Positions 56,227 to 64,000 of a stretch of DNA of 64,000 nt are shown piece after piece. The position numbers were made by a program, and so were the translations under genes. Position 1 is the stretch's first letter. The number at the start of each line of letters is the position of its first letter. Below the pieces are notes generated by a model. That model did no database searches and was not told the origin of the DNA. It saw nothing but the letters and a program-made list of their open reading frames with translations. This DNA comes from Pseudomonadota bacterium (GTDB taxonomy: Bacteria; Pseudomonadota; Gammaproteobacteria; Steroidobacterales; SZUA-146): NCBI GenBank assembly GCA_039028935.1, contig JBCCHD010000018.1, positions 7,222 to 71,221 of the forward strand. The letters run 5' to 3'.

Positions 56227-57501
56227 ATGAAACTCGAATCTATTGCATTGCATAGCGGTTATGAAGCGGAGGCCACCACCAATGCCGCCGCCGTACCGAT
56301 CTATCAAACCACGTCTTACACGTTCAACGACACCCAGCATGGCGCCGACCTGTTTAATTTGGCTGTGCCCGGCAACATCTATACGCGCATCATGAACCCC
56401 ACGACCGCTGTTCTCGAACAGCGCCTAACGGAAATGGAGGGTGGACTCGGCGCGTTGGCGCTGGCGTCTGGCATGGCAGCGATCACCTACGCAATAGAGT
56501 GTATTACGCGAACCGGCGACAACATCATCAGCACTTCACAGCTGTACGGCGGCACCTACAACTTCTTCGCTCATTCGCTGCCTCGACAAGGCGTGGAGAC
56601 CCGCTTTTTCAAAGCCGACGACTTCGATGCGCTGGAGAACGCCATCGATGACAACACCAAAGCCGTATTTCTCGAATCCATCGGCAATCCGGCCGGCAAT
56701 GTTGTCGACATCAAGGCGATCGCCGAAATAGCGCACAAGCATGGCGTGCCCGTGATTGTTGACAACACGGTGGCAACGCCTGTGCTGTGCAAACCGTTTG
56801 AGTTGGGCGCTGACATCATCATCCATTCACTCACCAAGTACATCGGCGGTCATGGCACGACCATCGGCGGCATCATTATCGACTCGGGCAAATTTGATTG
56901 GGTGGCGAATAAAGCGCGTTTCCCCATGCTCAATGAACCTGATCCGTCCTATCACGGCGTGGTCTACACCGAGGCGCTGGGCGAAGCCGCGTACATCGGA
57001 CGCTGCCGAGTCGTGCCTCTACGTAACACCGGCTCGGCACTCTCTCCACACAGCGCGTTCTTAATCCTTCAGGGTCTGGAAACACTCGCACTGCGCATGG
57101 AGCGACATTGCAGCAATGCGGAGAAAGTGGCGGAGCACCTAACGCGACATGACAAAGTCACCTGGGTCAACTATGCGGGTCTGAAGGACAGCCCTTACCG
57201 GGAAACCTGCGTTAGCATCACCGGCGGCAAAGCGTCCGGCATTTTGAGCTTCGGCATTAAAGGCGGCGCGGAGGCGGGTGCGCAGTTTATCGACGCGCTT
57301 CAAATGATCTTACGGCTAGTCAACATTGGCGACGCAAAGTCGTTGGCCTGCCACCCAGCGTCGACCACACACCGCCAGCTCAGTCCTGAAGAACTTGAAC
57401 AATCCGGTGTGAGTGAAGATCTTGTGCGTATCTCGGTGGGCATCGAGCACATCGACGACATCCTGGCCGATATCGACCAGGCGCTGGACGCCGTTAGCTA
57501 G
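56227..57501 (+). CDS. metY: O-acetylhomoserine aminocarboxypropyltransferase (sulfhydrylase)
   Basis: MKLESIALHSGYE...PIYQTTSYTF...NIYTRIMNPTT...HSLTKYIGGHG (PLP-Lys)...NIGDAKSLACHPASTTH. Confidence 0.92.
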   Translation: MKLESIALHSGYEAEATTNAAAVPIYQTTSYTFNDTQHGADLFNLAVPGNIYTRIMNPTTAVLEQRLTEMEGGLGALALASGMAAITYAIECITRTGDNIISTSQLYGGTYNFFAHSLPRQGVETRFFKADDFDALENAIDDNTKAVFLESIGNPAGNVVDIKAIAEIAHKHGVPVIVDNTVATPVLCKPFELGADIIIHSLTKYIGGHGTTIGGIIIDSGKFDWVANKARFPMLNEPDPSYHGVVYTEALGEAAYIGRCRVVPLRNTGSALSPHSAFLILQGLETLALRMERHCSNAEKVAEHLTRHDKVTWVNYAGLKDSPYRETCVSITGGKASGILSFGIKGGAEAGAQFIDALQMILRLVNIGDAKSLACHPASTTHRQLSPEELEQSGVSEDLVRISVGIEHIDDILADIDQALDAVS

Positions 57502-57513
57502 GCAAACTGAGGA

Positions 57514-57548
57514 GCAGCCGGCGCGTGCATTTTGCGCGCGCCGGCTGC
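57514..57548 (+). terminator. GC-rich hairpin after metY (possible terminator, no clear U-tract)
   Basis: GCAGCCGGCGCG-tgcattttg-CGCGCGCCGGCTGC, starting 13 nt after the metY stop. Confidence 0.35.
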
Positions 57549-57559
57549 ACACTGTCGCC

Positions 57560-58645
57560 ATGCGAGTGCTTGCCATCAGCCCTAGCGGCGACTTACCCGA
57601 AACACAATCACTGATCGGTCTTCATCAACGCGGGGTTGATATGACCGTGCTGCACGGTGCCGCCGCACCGAATGCGCATCGACTGGAAGAGGCCCAGGTA
57701 CCGCACGCCGTGCTCGAATTGCGCAGCCGCTGGGACCGACACGCCACGCGTGCAATACGCGAGCATATACACCAGCTCGATCCTGATATCGTTCACATGT
57801 TCACCAATCGCGCGGTGCAAAATGGCCTGCGCGCGAGCAAAGGACTCAGACCAAAATTACTCGCCTATCGCGGCATTGCGGGCGTTGAAAAAGTACACGA
57901 CCCCATCTCATGGCTGACCTTTTTGAATCCGCGCATCGACAAAATCATCTGCGTCGCAGACGCCATTCGCCAGCATTACCTGACCCTGCGTCTCCCGGGC
58001 TGGCGCTTTCCACCCGACAAAGCCGTCACGGTCTACAAAGGGCACGATGTGAGCTGGTATAACCAGCCTGCTATCGCGCGATCGGAACTCAACGTGCCCG
58101 ATGATGCGACGGTGGTCGTGTGCACGGTGAACGATCGACCCCGCAAGGGACTGCCTTATCTGATCGACGCCTGTCATCAACTAGCCGATCTCGCGCAGCT
58201 TCATGTCTTGCTGGTCGGCAACATCGATCAAGGAAAATACGCCGACACCTTGGCGCGGTGTCGCATGCGCGATCGAATTCACTTCACAGGTTTTCGCCGA
58301 GACGTCACGCAGGTGATCGCGGCAGCCGACATCTGTATTTTGCCGGCCACCAAGCGTGAGGGTCTGCCGCGGGGCATCATCGAAGGTATGGTTAACGGCG
58401 TGACACCCACAGTCGCCGATGCAGGTGGCAGTCCCGAACTGATCGAACACGGCAAGAGTGGCATGATCTTCGCGCCAGCGGACGCTGGTGCGATCGCGGA
58501 CACGTTACGCTATTTGGTAGAGCATCCTAATCAATGCAAAGCGATGGGTGCGGCGGCCCAACAACGCATCCAGAACGACTTTCACTACACCACAACCATT
58601 GCCAAAACCTTCGACATCTACACGGAACTCACCGCGCAGGCATAA
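57560..58645 (+). CDS. Glycosyltransferase family 4 (GT-B fold)
   Basis: From ATG 57560: MRVLAISPSGD.... C-terminal motif REGLPRGIIEGMVNGVTPTVADAGGSPELIEHGKSGMIF (E-x7-E). Confidence 0.75.
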   Translation: MRVLAISPSGDLPETQSLIGLHQRGVDMTVLHGAAAPNAHRLEEAQVPHAVLELRSRWDRHATRAIREHIHQLDPDIVHMFTNRAVQNGLRASKGLRPKLLAYRGIAGVEKVHDPISWLTFLNPRIDKIICVADAIRQHYLTLRLPGWRFPPDKAVTVYKGHDVSWYNQPAIARSELNVPDDATVVVCTVNDRPRKGLPYLIDACHQLADLAQLHVLLVGNIDQGKYADTLARCRMRDRIHFTGFRRDVTQVIAAADICILPATKREGLPRGIIEGMVNGVTPTVADAGGSPELIEHGKSGMIFAPADAGAIADTLRYLVEHPNQCKAMGAAAQQRIQNDFHYTTTIAKTFDIYTELTAQA

Positions 58646-58647
58646 CC

Positions 58648-58980
58648 CTATGTTCGTTCCACAAGCGCCAGCAACCGCCTAGCGCTGTCGGGCGCTGCGT
58701 TCACCGCGCCGTTCGCACCCTGCTCAAACACGATATCCACCGGAATGCCGGCCGCAGACAGCCGGTCGAGATCGACGTGGCGGCTTGGCTTGAAAGTCCC
58801 GTTTTCGCTAATCGATGCATCGGTGCCCGCGTAATCGCGATCGCCCGTCAACAGAGGAATCGTGCGTGAGCGCGCGTTCATCGCGGCCGGCAAGATGTGG
58901 AGAACGACGCGATGTTGGCCAACGGCGTGGCAGAAAATTGTTACACGTCGGGGAGATTTAAGACTTGAGATCCACCACAT
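58648..58980 (-). CDS. Hypothetical protein (110 aa), weak call
   Basis: An open frame overlapping the 3' end of the upstream gene by 23 nt. No motif was recognised, so coding status is uncertain. Confidence 0.25.
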   Translation of the reverse strand: MWWISSLKSPRRVTIFCHAVGQHRVVLHILPAAMNARSRTIPLLTGDRDYAGTDASISENGTFKPSRHVDLDRLSAAGIPVDIVFEQGANGAVNAAPDSARRLLALVERT

Positions 58981-59530
58981 GGCATGTCATGGGTAAGGCA
59001 CAGCCATCATCAAACTCACAGGCAGCCGCCACTCCGGCGCGGGCGATAGCCGCCACATCGTCTGTGGTGTCATAGAGTGCATGCATGGCGCCCATGGCCA
59101 GACGCTTGCCGGAACCTAACGCCCAATAGCGCGTGTACTCACTCACTGAACGGTAGCTCTCAATCTCAAAAATACCGTGCGGATTGACAATCAAGGCACC
59201 CACCTGACTGGATTCGACCGGCTGCTCTTTGTCTTCGTTAGTGTCGATGAAGTATTTCTCTTTCATCACTTCGTGCAGACCGCGAAAGCTGTCAAAAATC
59301 GCCGCGCGCGAATCAAAGCGCATGAGCTCAGGCTGCTCGCGAACCAGACTCTCGAAAATATCCTGCGATGCCGACCAGCCGGCCAACCCAACGAAGCTGT
59401 CACCGACGGCAATTATTTTCTCATGATTCACCAGATAACTGGCGCGCATAACCATGGTTTCGTCACTTTGTGCCGTATCGGCCGCAATGACCGCCTGATG
59501 GCCTTTTCGCAGAGCAACTATTATCGACAC
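58958..59530 (-). CDS. HslV/proteasome-like Ntn-hydrolase-fold protein (Ser at the position of the Thr nucleophile)
   Basis: MSIIVALRKGHQAVIAADTAQS...KIIAVGDSFVGLAG...YWALGSGKRLAMGAMHAL. Compare the HslV in this window: [21 protein letters not shown]...[16 protein letters not shown]. Confidence 0.45.
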   Translation of the reverse strand: MSIIVALRKGHQAVIAADTAQSDETMVMRASYLVNHEKIIAVGDSFVGLAGWSASQDIFESLVREQPELMRFDSRAAIFDSFRGLHEVMKEKYFIDTNEDKEQPVESSQVGALIVNPHGIFEIESYRSVSEYTRYWALGSGKRLAMGAMHALYDTTDDVAAIARAGVAAACEFDDGCALPMTCHVVDLKS

Positions 59531-59656
59531 CGTCGTTCCTTATAAAGAGAATTGGCGTGGAGTATACCGGAGCGCGTGGCGGCTGAATAACCGAACGTTT
59601 GGCGAGTGGACAGGTTGCGGCGGCGGCGCTTACCAGCGAAGCGGCAATCGCATGGC

Positions 59657-60799
59657 TTAACCGATGCGCCGACGCCGCGCCCGTGCATTACGGGCGTTTA
59701 AAACGATGAAAAAGAGCGCCAGCAACACGGCGGTGCCCGTGCCGCCCAGCAAAAGCGCAACCGCCGGCCGAACGAGCGACGCAACGAAAATCGCGCCCGG
59801 ATCTGCCCCACCGAGGCCCTGCCATGGCACCACCGATACGCTCGCAAACGACACCACCAGCCCCGTCCCAATCACCAGCACCGCAAACGGCACGGCAAAG
59901 GCGCGCACCAGCCGATGCACGCGGCGAGACACGGGACTGAGCGGCACGAGCACGCGCTGCTCAATCGCGCAGACCGCGGCGGTAGTCATCACAAACCCCA
60001 ACACAACAGCGGCAACAATCGGTGACCAACCGGCCGCGGTTAAAAAGGGCGCGGCGCTCACAATGGGCAAGACAAAACTCACCGTCGAGGCCACAACCGG
60101 CCAAGGGTGACGCTGCCAAAGCATAAAGAGTCTCGACCCCAACGCCGCCAACCCAACAAGCAGCGCGGCGAGTGCTGGAAACGCCCGAACGGGTTGCGCG
60201 TAGTTGCTCGCGAACACCGCTCGCGCATGCGGATCATCGCGCAACGATGACAGAGGCCGATCGATGTACGCTCGACCGCGTTCCACAGCATCGGCGGCGA
60301 GCGCGGATGGTGCCTGATCGCCAACCGCTTCCTTCAACGGCAACAGCCACAGGCTGGCCCGAGGCGAATCCCCATCGATGCCAAAATCAGGGGGAACATC
60401 GAGCAAGTAAAACTGCGTCGATCGCGTGTCGGCATACTCAAGCATGCCGGTTCGAAATCGCTGCACATAGCGTGCACGATCTTTTGCCGGCACGTGCACG
60501 TTAACCCATGCCGCGGGAAACCGTGCCAGCTCGCTGCCGAACACCGTAACCGAAACATCCGCTCGCATCGGCTCGTTTACCACGCGATCCGCCGGAGGCG
60601 ACACCGCGATATAGTCAAGGATTTTGCCATCTCGCTGCGCTGTGATCGCCAGCCCGGCTGGCAACGCGAGATCATCGTATTCCGTGCGTTCGGCCTCAGG
60701 TTTTTGTTGCGCGTAGCGGATGTTGCCGACCGTCACCGCACCGGCGTAGGCGAAGCTGATCAGCGCGAGCAGTCCCAGAAGCGGTCCGCGCATCAACAT
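59657..60799 (-). CDS. Membrane protein: signal peptide, ~190-aa periplasmic domain, five or six C-terminal transmembrane segments; unknown function
   Basis: Hydrophobicity pattern only (LLGLLALISFAYAGA; ALAALLVGLAALGSRLF; VVASTVSFVLPIVSAAPFL; IVAAVVLGFVMTTAAVCAI; etc.). Confidence 0.5.
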   Translation of the reverse strand: MLMRGPLLGLLALISFAYAGAVTVGNIRYAQQKPEAERTEYDDLALPAGLAITAQRDGKILDYIAVSPPADRVVNEPMRADVSVTVFGSELARFPAAWVNVHVPAKDRARYVQRFRTGMLEYADTRSTQFYLLDVPPDFGIDGDSPRASLWLLPLKEAVGDQAPSALAADAVERGRAYIDRPLSSLRDDPHARAVFASNYAQPVRAFPALAALLVGLAALGSRLFMLWQRHPWPVVASTVSFVLPIVSAAPFLTAAGWSPIVAAVVLGFVMTTAAVCAIEQRVLVPLSPVSRRVHRLVRAFAVPFAVLVIGTGLVVSFASVSVVPWQGLGGADPGAIFVASLVRPAVALLLGGTGTAVLLALFFIVLNARNARARRRRIG

Positions 60800-60949
60800 C
60801 GCTCACTGCATGCGAATAGGCCGGACCGGTTAGGCCACGTCATTGGAAAACAGCGCATACTCTTACGTATAGGTCGCCCAGATTGGCGCAGGACGTTCAT
60901 GGATGAAACCGACACGCAGGCCTAGCCGTTTGCTGTCCGCACACCGCGG

Positions 60950-61591
60950 CTACTTGATCAGCGATTCGAGCTTGCGTACTGAAATGGCATCGACCGCCTC
61001 TTCAACTTGGTCCCATGCAATGTTGACGCCACCCGCACGCACAATGATGCGCCCATCGACGAACACCACCATTTCCGACTCAGATCCCGAGCGGACTTTA
61101 CTCATACGCTGGTACGACTTGTGGCCTTTATAATCGACCGTACGCTGAAAACCGTCCTGATTTTCTTCATCGATCTCCATGTCCAGCATGTCCAGTCCGA
61201 ACTGGGCAAAGCCTTGAATGTTACCGATGTCTGTCACACTCAACTCGAGCACACCCCGCCCATCGTCTTCCTCAAACGTTGCGGTTGATGCACTGAAACT
61301 AAATCCTTCAAGCCCTTTCTTATTTGCGCTGTACGCAGTGCGCGTCATGCCATCAAGACGCTCTGGCATGACCGCTTTAAGGTCGCGGGCCGACACAACA
61401 TCCACTTTCTTGCCGAGCTGACTAACCGCCTCCTCAAGGTTGCGGACCATTTCTTCCGCTTTCTCGCCCGACAGATTAATGTCCTTGTCGATGTTGAACT
61501 GACCGCGCTCTTCATCGGCTGACTCGCCACCGCATGCGGCAACCACTGTGGCCAGCGCGACCACCAGTAAAAAGTGAAGGGGTATTTTCAT
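60950..61591 (-). CDS. Lipoprotein, unknown function
   Basis: MKIPLHFLLVVALATVVAACGG (lipobox). The start overlaps the stop of yibQ. Confidence 0.6.
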   Translation of the reverse strand: MKIPLHFLLVVALATVVAACGGESADEERGQFNIDKDINLSGEKAEEMVRNLEEAVSQLGKKVDVVSARDLKAVMPERLDGMTRTAYSANKKGLEGFSFSASTATFEEDDGRGVLELSVTDIGNIQGFAQFGLDMLDMEIDEENQDGFQRTVDYKGHKSYQRMSKVRSGSESEMVVFVDGRIIVRAGGVNIAWDQVEEAVDAISVRKLESLIK

Positions 61592-62406
61592 GGAGACTCC
61601 TCACGAATGGATAATGGCTCAGAGAGCGGGTGGCCCTGCAGTTCTATCATACGTTGAACGCTCACGAACCGATAACCGAGCCCCGCCAGCCTCGGCAGCT
61701 CACGCTCCAGTACCGAAAGCGTGTGTGGGAAGGGGTGACCGATACCCAACGCGAATCCGTGCCGTCGAGCATGCTGCTTGAGGCGCTCAAACTGCTGCGC
61801 CACCGCCTCGTACGACGGGTCACTATCTAAAAATACGTCACGACGCGCCGTCGGCACACCGACCTCTGCGGCCACTGACTGCGCAACGCTGCGCCCGGAA
61901 GTCACACTATCGACAAAATACAGCGGCGATTGCGATATGGCCTGCATGAGCCAACGCATATGGCCGGTACGCTGAGTGAGCAAACTGCCCATGTGGTTAT
62001 TCACACCCACGGCAAACGGTACGGTATCCAGATTACCACGCAGCGTACGCAGAACGTCTTCTTGGGTGTGGTCGATTGTAATCGCGCCATCGCCTAATAA
62101 GTGATTTCGATGGGTTGCCTGCAGTGGCTGATGCAACAACACCTCTTTACCTAAGTCGTTGGCTTTGCGCGCAAAGGACGGACCAAAAGGGGTGTGAGGC
62201 AGAATCGCATACGCCACGGGACCGGGCAGCTCGATCGCTCGATTACCCTCCTCACGACCGTTACCAAGATCATCGATAATAATGGCAATGACGGGCCAGG
62301 TGTTCGGCTGGGCGGCATCGAATTGACGCTCATAGTCGTAGGCCGCAACGTCGAGCGTCAGCGAACACAAGAGCGTGTAAGCGAGAAACCATCGGGCAGA
62401 GTTCAT
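61588..62406 (-). CDS. yibQ: Divergent polysaccharide deacetylase family protein YibQ
   Basis: VIAIIIDDLGN...AILPHTPF...LLHQPL...GVNNHMGS. Its position downstream of envC is conserved. Confidence 0.8.
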   Translation of the reverse strand: MNSARWFLAYTLLCSLTLDVAAYDYERQFDAAQPNTWPVIAIIIDDLGNGREEGNRAIELPGPVAYAILPHTPFGPSFARKANDLGKEVLLHQPLQATHRNHLLGDGAITIDHTQEDVLRTLRGNLDTVPFAVGVNNHMGSLLTQRTGHMRWLMQAISQSPLYFVDSVTSGRSVAQSVAAEVGVPTARRDVFLDSDPSYEAVAQQFERLKQHARRHGFALGIGHPFPHTLSVLERELPRLAGLGYRFVSVQRMIELQGHPLSEPLSIREESP

Positions 62407-62450
62407 AGTGTGTGCTGCTTGTTATTGTGCGTCAGGACGCCCCGACGAAT

Positions 62451-63584
62451 TTATGGATTGCGTTGCTTGAACCACTCTCGTGGGTTGATGGGCTTGCTTT
62501 GCTGACGTAAGCCAAAATACAGCGCCACCTGCGCTTGACCGCCGGAGTCACCGACAGTAGCGATGGTATCACCCGCTTCAACCCAATCACCGGCCTTGGC
62601 CGACACGGTATCGTTGCGTCCGTACAAACTAAAGTAATTATCGCCGTGCTCGAGCACCACGAGTAACCCTTGTCCCGGCAGCCAATCGGCGTACGCCACG
62701 CGCCCATGTGCGACGGCACGAACCGCCGCGCCGCGCTCCGCCCCGATGAGCACGCCATCCCAATTCATGCTGGAGCCGCCTCTCGATTGCCCATAGCGTG
62801 CCAGAAGCGTGCCATTGGCCGGCCAGGTAAGACTGCCCTTGAGTTTTGCAAAACTGGTGCGCGAACCGACCGGAAACTCCCGCATAATTTGTTCAATTTC
62901 TTCGATGAGAGTAACCAAACGCGCCTCTTCTGATTTGAGCTTGGCAACTTGATCGGCGCCTTGTGTGATACGACTGGTGAGTGCTTCGATGGCGTGTTGC
63001 CGCTCCTTGCGCGCCGCTTTTAGCGATTCGAGTTCGCTGTGACGCTGGCGTTGGAGCTGCTTGATCGATTGATTCTCAAGCTGCGCCTGAGCGCTTAGCT
63101 GATCGAGTGTCGACAGCATCTCGTTAACACGGTCGATCTGTTTCAATCGATGTTGATTAAGGTAACCGTAATACACCGCCACCCGGCCAAGTTCAGACGG
63201 ATTGCGCTGCGACAACAAGAGCTTAATTTTTTCTTGGCGGCCGCCCACATAAGCGGAATAGACTTGCGCCGCGAGATCGCTCTTTTCATTCTTCAGCGCG
63301 GTCAGCTGTTCAACTGTCTGTGCCTCAAGTGATTTAAGACGCTTTTCGCTCGCCTCGCGCTCAGTGTTTAGTTTGGCAATATTGGTCTGAAGCCGCGCCG
63401 TTAAGCGTTCGGTCTCGGCCAATCGTGCCTGCAGCTTATCGCGCCGCGCGTACGTGCGGCTGATCTCCTTTTCAAGCTTACCGATTCGATCGCGGACCTC
63501 GCCGAGGTCTTTCTCGTTATCGGCAATCGATGGCGCACTAGCCAAGGCGAAGGCCATAAGTAGAACAACGCGGATTCGAGACAA
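62451..63584 (-). CDS. envC: Murein hydrolase activator EnvC (coiled-coil plus degenerate M23/LytM domain)
   Basis: Signal peptide, a long coiled-coil (LQARLAETERLTARLQTNIAKLNTERE...), and a C-terminal LytM domain (GVLIGAERGAAVRAVAHGRVAYADWLPGQGLLVVLEHGDNYFSLYG). Confidence 0.85.
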   Translation of the reverse strand: MSRIRVVLLMAFALASAPSIADNEKDLGEVRDRIGKLEKEISRTYARRDKLQARLAETERLTARLQTNIAKLNTEREASEKRLKSLEAQTVEQLTALKNEKSDLAAQVYSAYVGGRQEKIKLLLSQRNPSELGRVAVYYGYLNQHRLKQIDRVNEMLSTLDQLSAQAQLENQSIKQLQRQRHSELESLKAARKERQHAIEALTSRITQGADQVAKLKSEEARLVTLIEEIEQIMREFPVGSRTSFAKLKGSLTWPANGTLLARYGQSRGGSSMNWDGVLIGAERGAAVRAVAHGRVAYADWLPGQGLLVVLEHGDNYFSLYGRNDTVSAKAGDWVEAGDTIATVGDSGGQAQVALYFGLRQQSKPINPREWFKQRNP

Positions 63585-63593
63585 CGCAGACGC

Positions 63594-64000
63594 CTATTTA
63601 AACCGAATGAGCGAGCGGCCGGTCATCTGTTCAGGCACATCCAGCCCCATCATATGCAACAGCGTCGGAGCAATATCGGACAGCACTCCGTCTTCAATAA
63701 TTTCGGCCTCCCGCCCGATATACAACAGGGGCACATCAAAGGTGGTGTGCGCCGTGTGAGCCTGTCCGGTGTGTTCGTCCTCCATCTTCTCCGCGTTGCC
63801 ATGGTCGGCGGTCATCAGAAGCTCACCGCCGGCTCGGCGAATCGCGTCGGTTACTCGACCCAAGCAGGTATCGAGTGCCTCGATGGCTTTCACGGTGGCG
63901 TCGAATTTGCCGGTGTGCCCGACCATGTCCGCGTTGGCAAAATTGCACACAATCAAATCGAACGTACCGGACTCAATCGCCTCGACGAGTCCGTCGGTCA
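63594..64000 (-). CDS. gpmI: 2,3-bisphosphoglycerate-independent phosphoglycerate mutase, C-terminal part (5' end outside window)
   Basis: ...[37 protein letters not shown]...[12 protein letters not shown].... The frame stays open to the window edge; the track's 'M' at 63956 is an internal TTG. Confidence 0.92.
   Translation of the reverse strand, partial: TDGLVEAIESGTFDLIVCNFANADMVGHTGKFDATVKAIEALDTCLGRVTDAIRRAGGELLMTADHGNAEKMEDEHTGQAHTAHTTFDVPLLYIGREAEIIEDGVLSDIAPTLLHMMGLDVPEQMTGRSLIRFK

Overview
The window is a 64-kb stretch of a GC-rich gammaproteobacterial chromosome. This is inferred from gene order resembling Pseudomonas/Oceanospirillales: comM-ubiK-glnK, algZ-algR-hemC-hemD-hemX-hemY, dapF-DUF484-xerC, hslVU, DUF971-ubiE-ubiJ-ubiB, trpEGDCFBA and gpmI-envC-yibQ.

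The first ~9.5 kb (nt 1 to ~9505) looks AT-richer by eye. It is the right-hand part of an integrative island whose terminal gene is a large serine recombinase. The island has split the Mg-chelatase-like competence gene comM/yifB, leaving only the N-terminal 347 codons next to it. The left end of the island lies outside the window.

The island carries:
- a RadC-like JAB fragment
- a tightly coupled four-gene module built around two paralogous soluble ATPases of the T4CP/TraD/HerA type; the larger one (920 aa) ends in a restriction-endonuclease-like domain, and two small proteins have no recognisable family
- a polytopic membrane protein
- a PKD-domain lipoprotein
- an XRE regulator

The ATPase module is my best candidate for an undescribed system (defence or DNA processing), but this rests on motifs only and no search could be run.

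Outside the island the window is mostly housekeeping. Points worth a second look:
- an unannotated 22-codon trp leader peptide with three consecutive Trp codons and a rho-independent attenuator upstream of trpE
- an MFS transporter translationally coupled to trpA
- an in-frame hemD-hemX fusion with a 9-bp x4 tandem repeat in the linker
- an orphan FlhC homologue divergent from a protein that looks like a tandem FlhD-like duplication, with two copies of a perfect 20-bp palindrome between them
- two secreted proteins sharing a thrombospondin-type-3 plus dockerin-like C-terminal module, one of which is internally duplicated
- an HslV-like Ntn-hydrolase paralogue

I could not recognise any rRNA, tRNA, CRISPR array or transposase. 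Many long ORFs in the track are antisense or alternative-frame artefacts of high GC.
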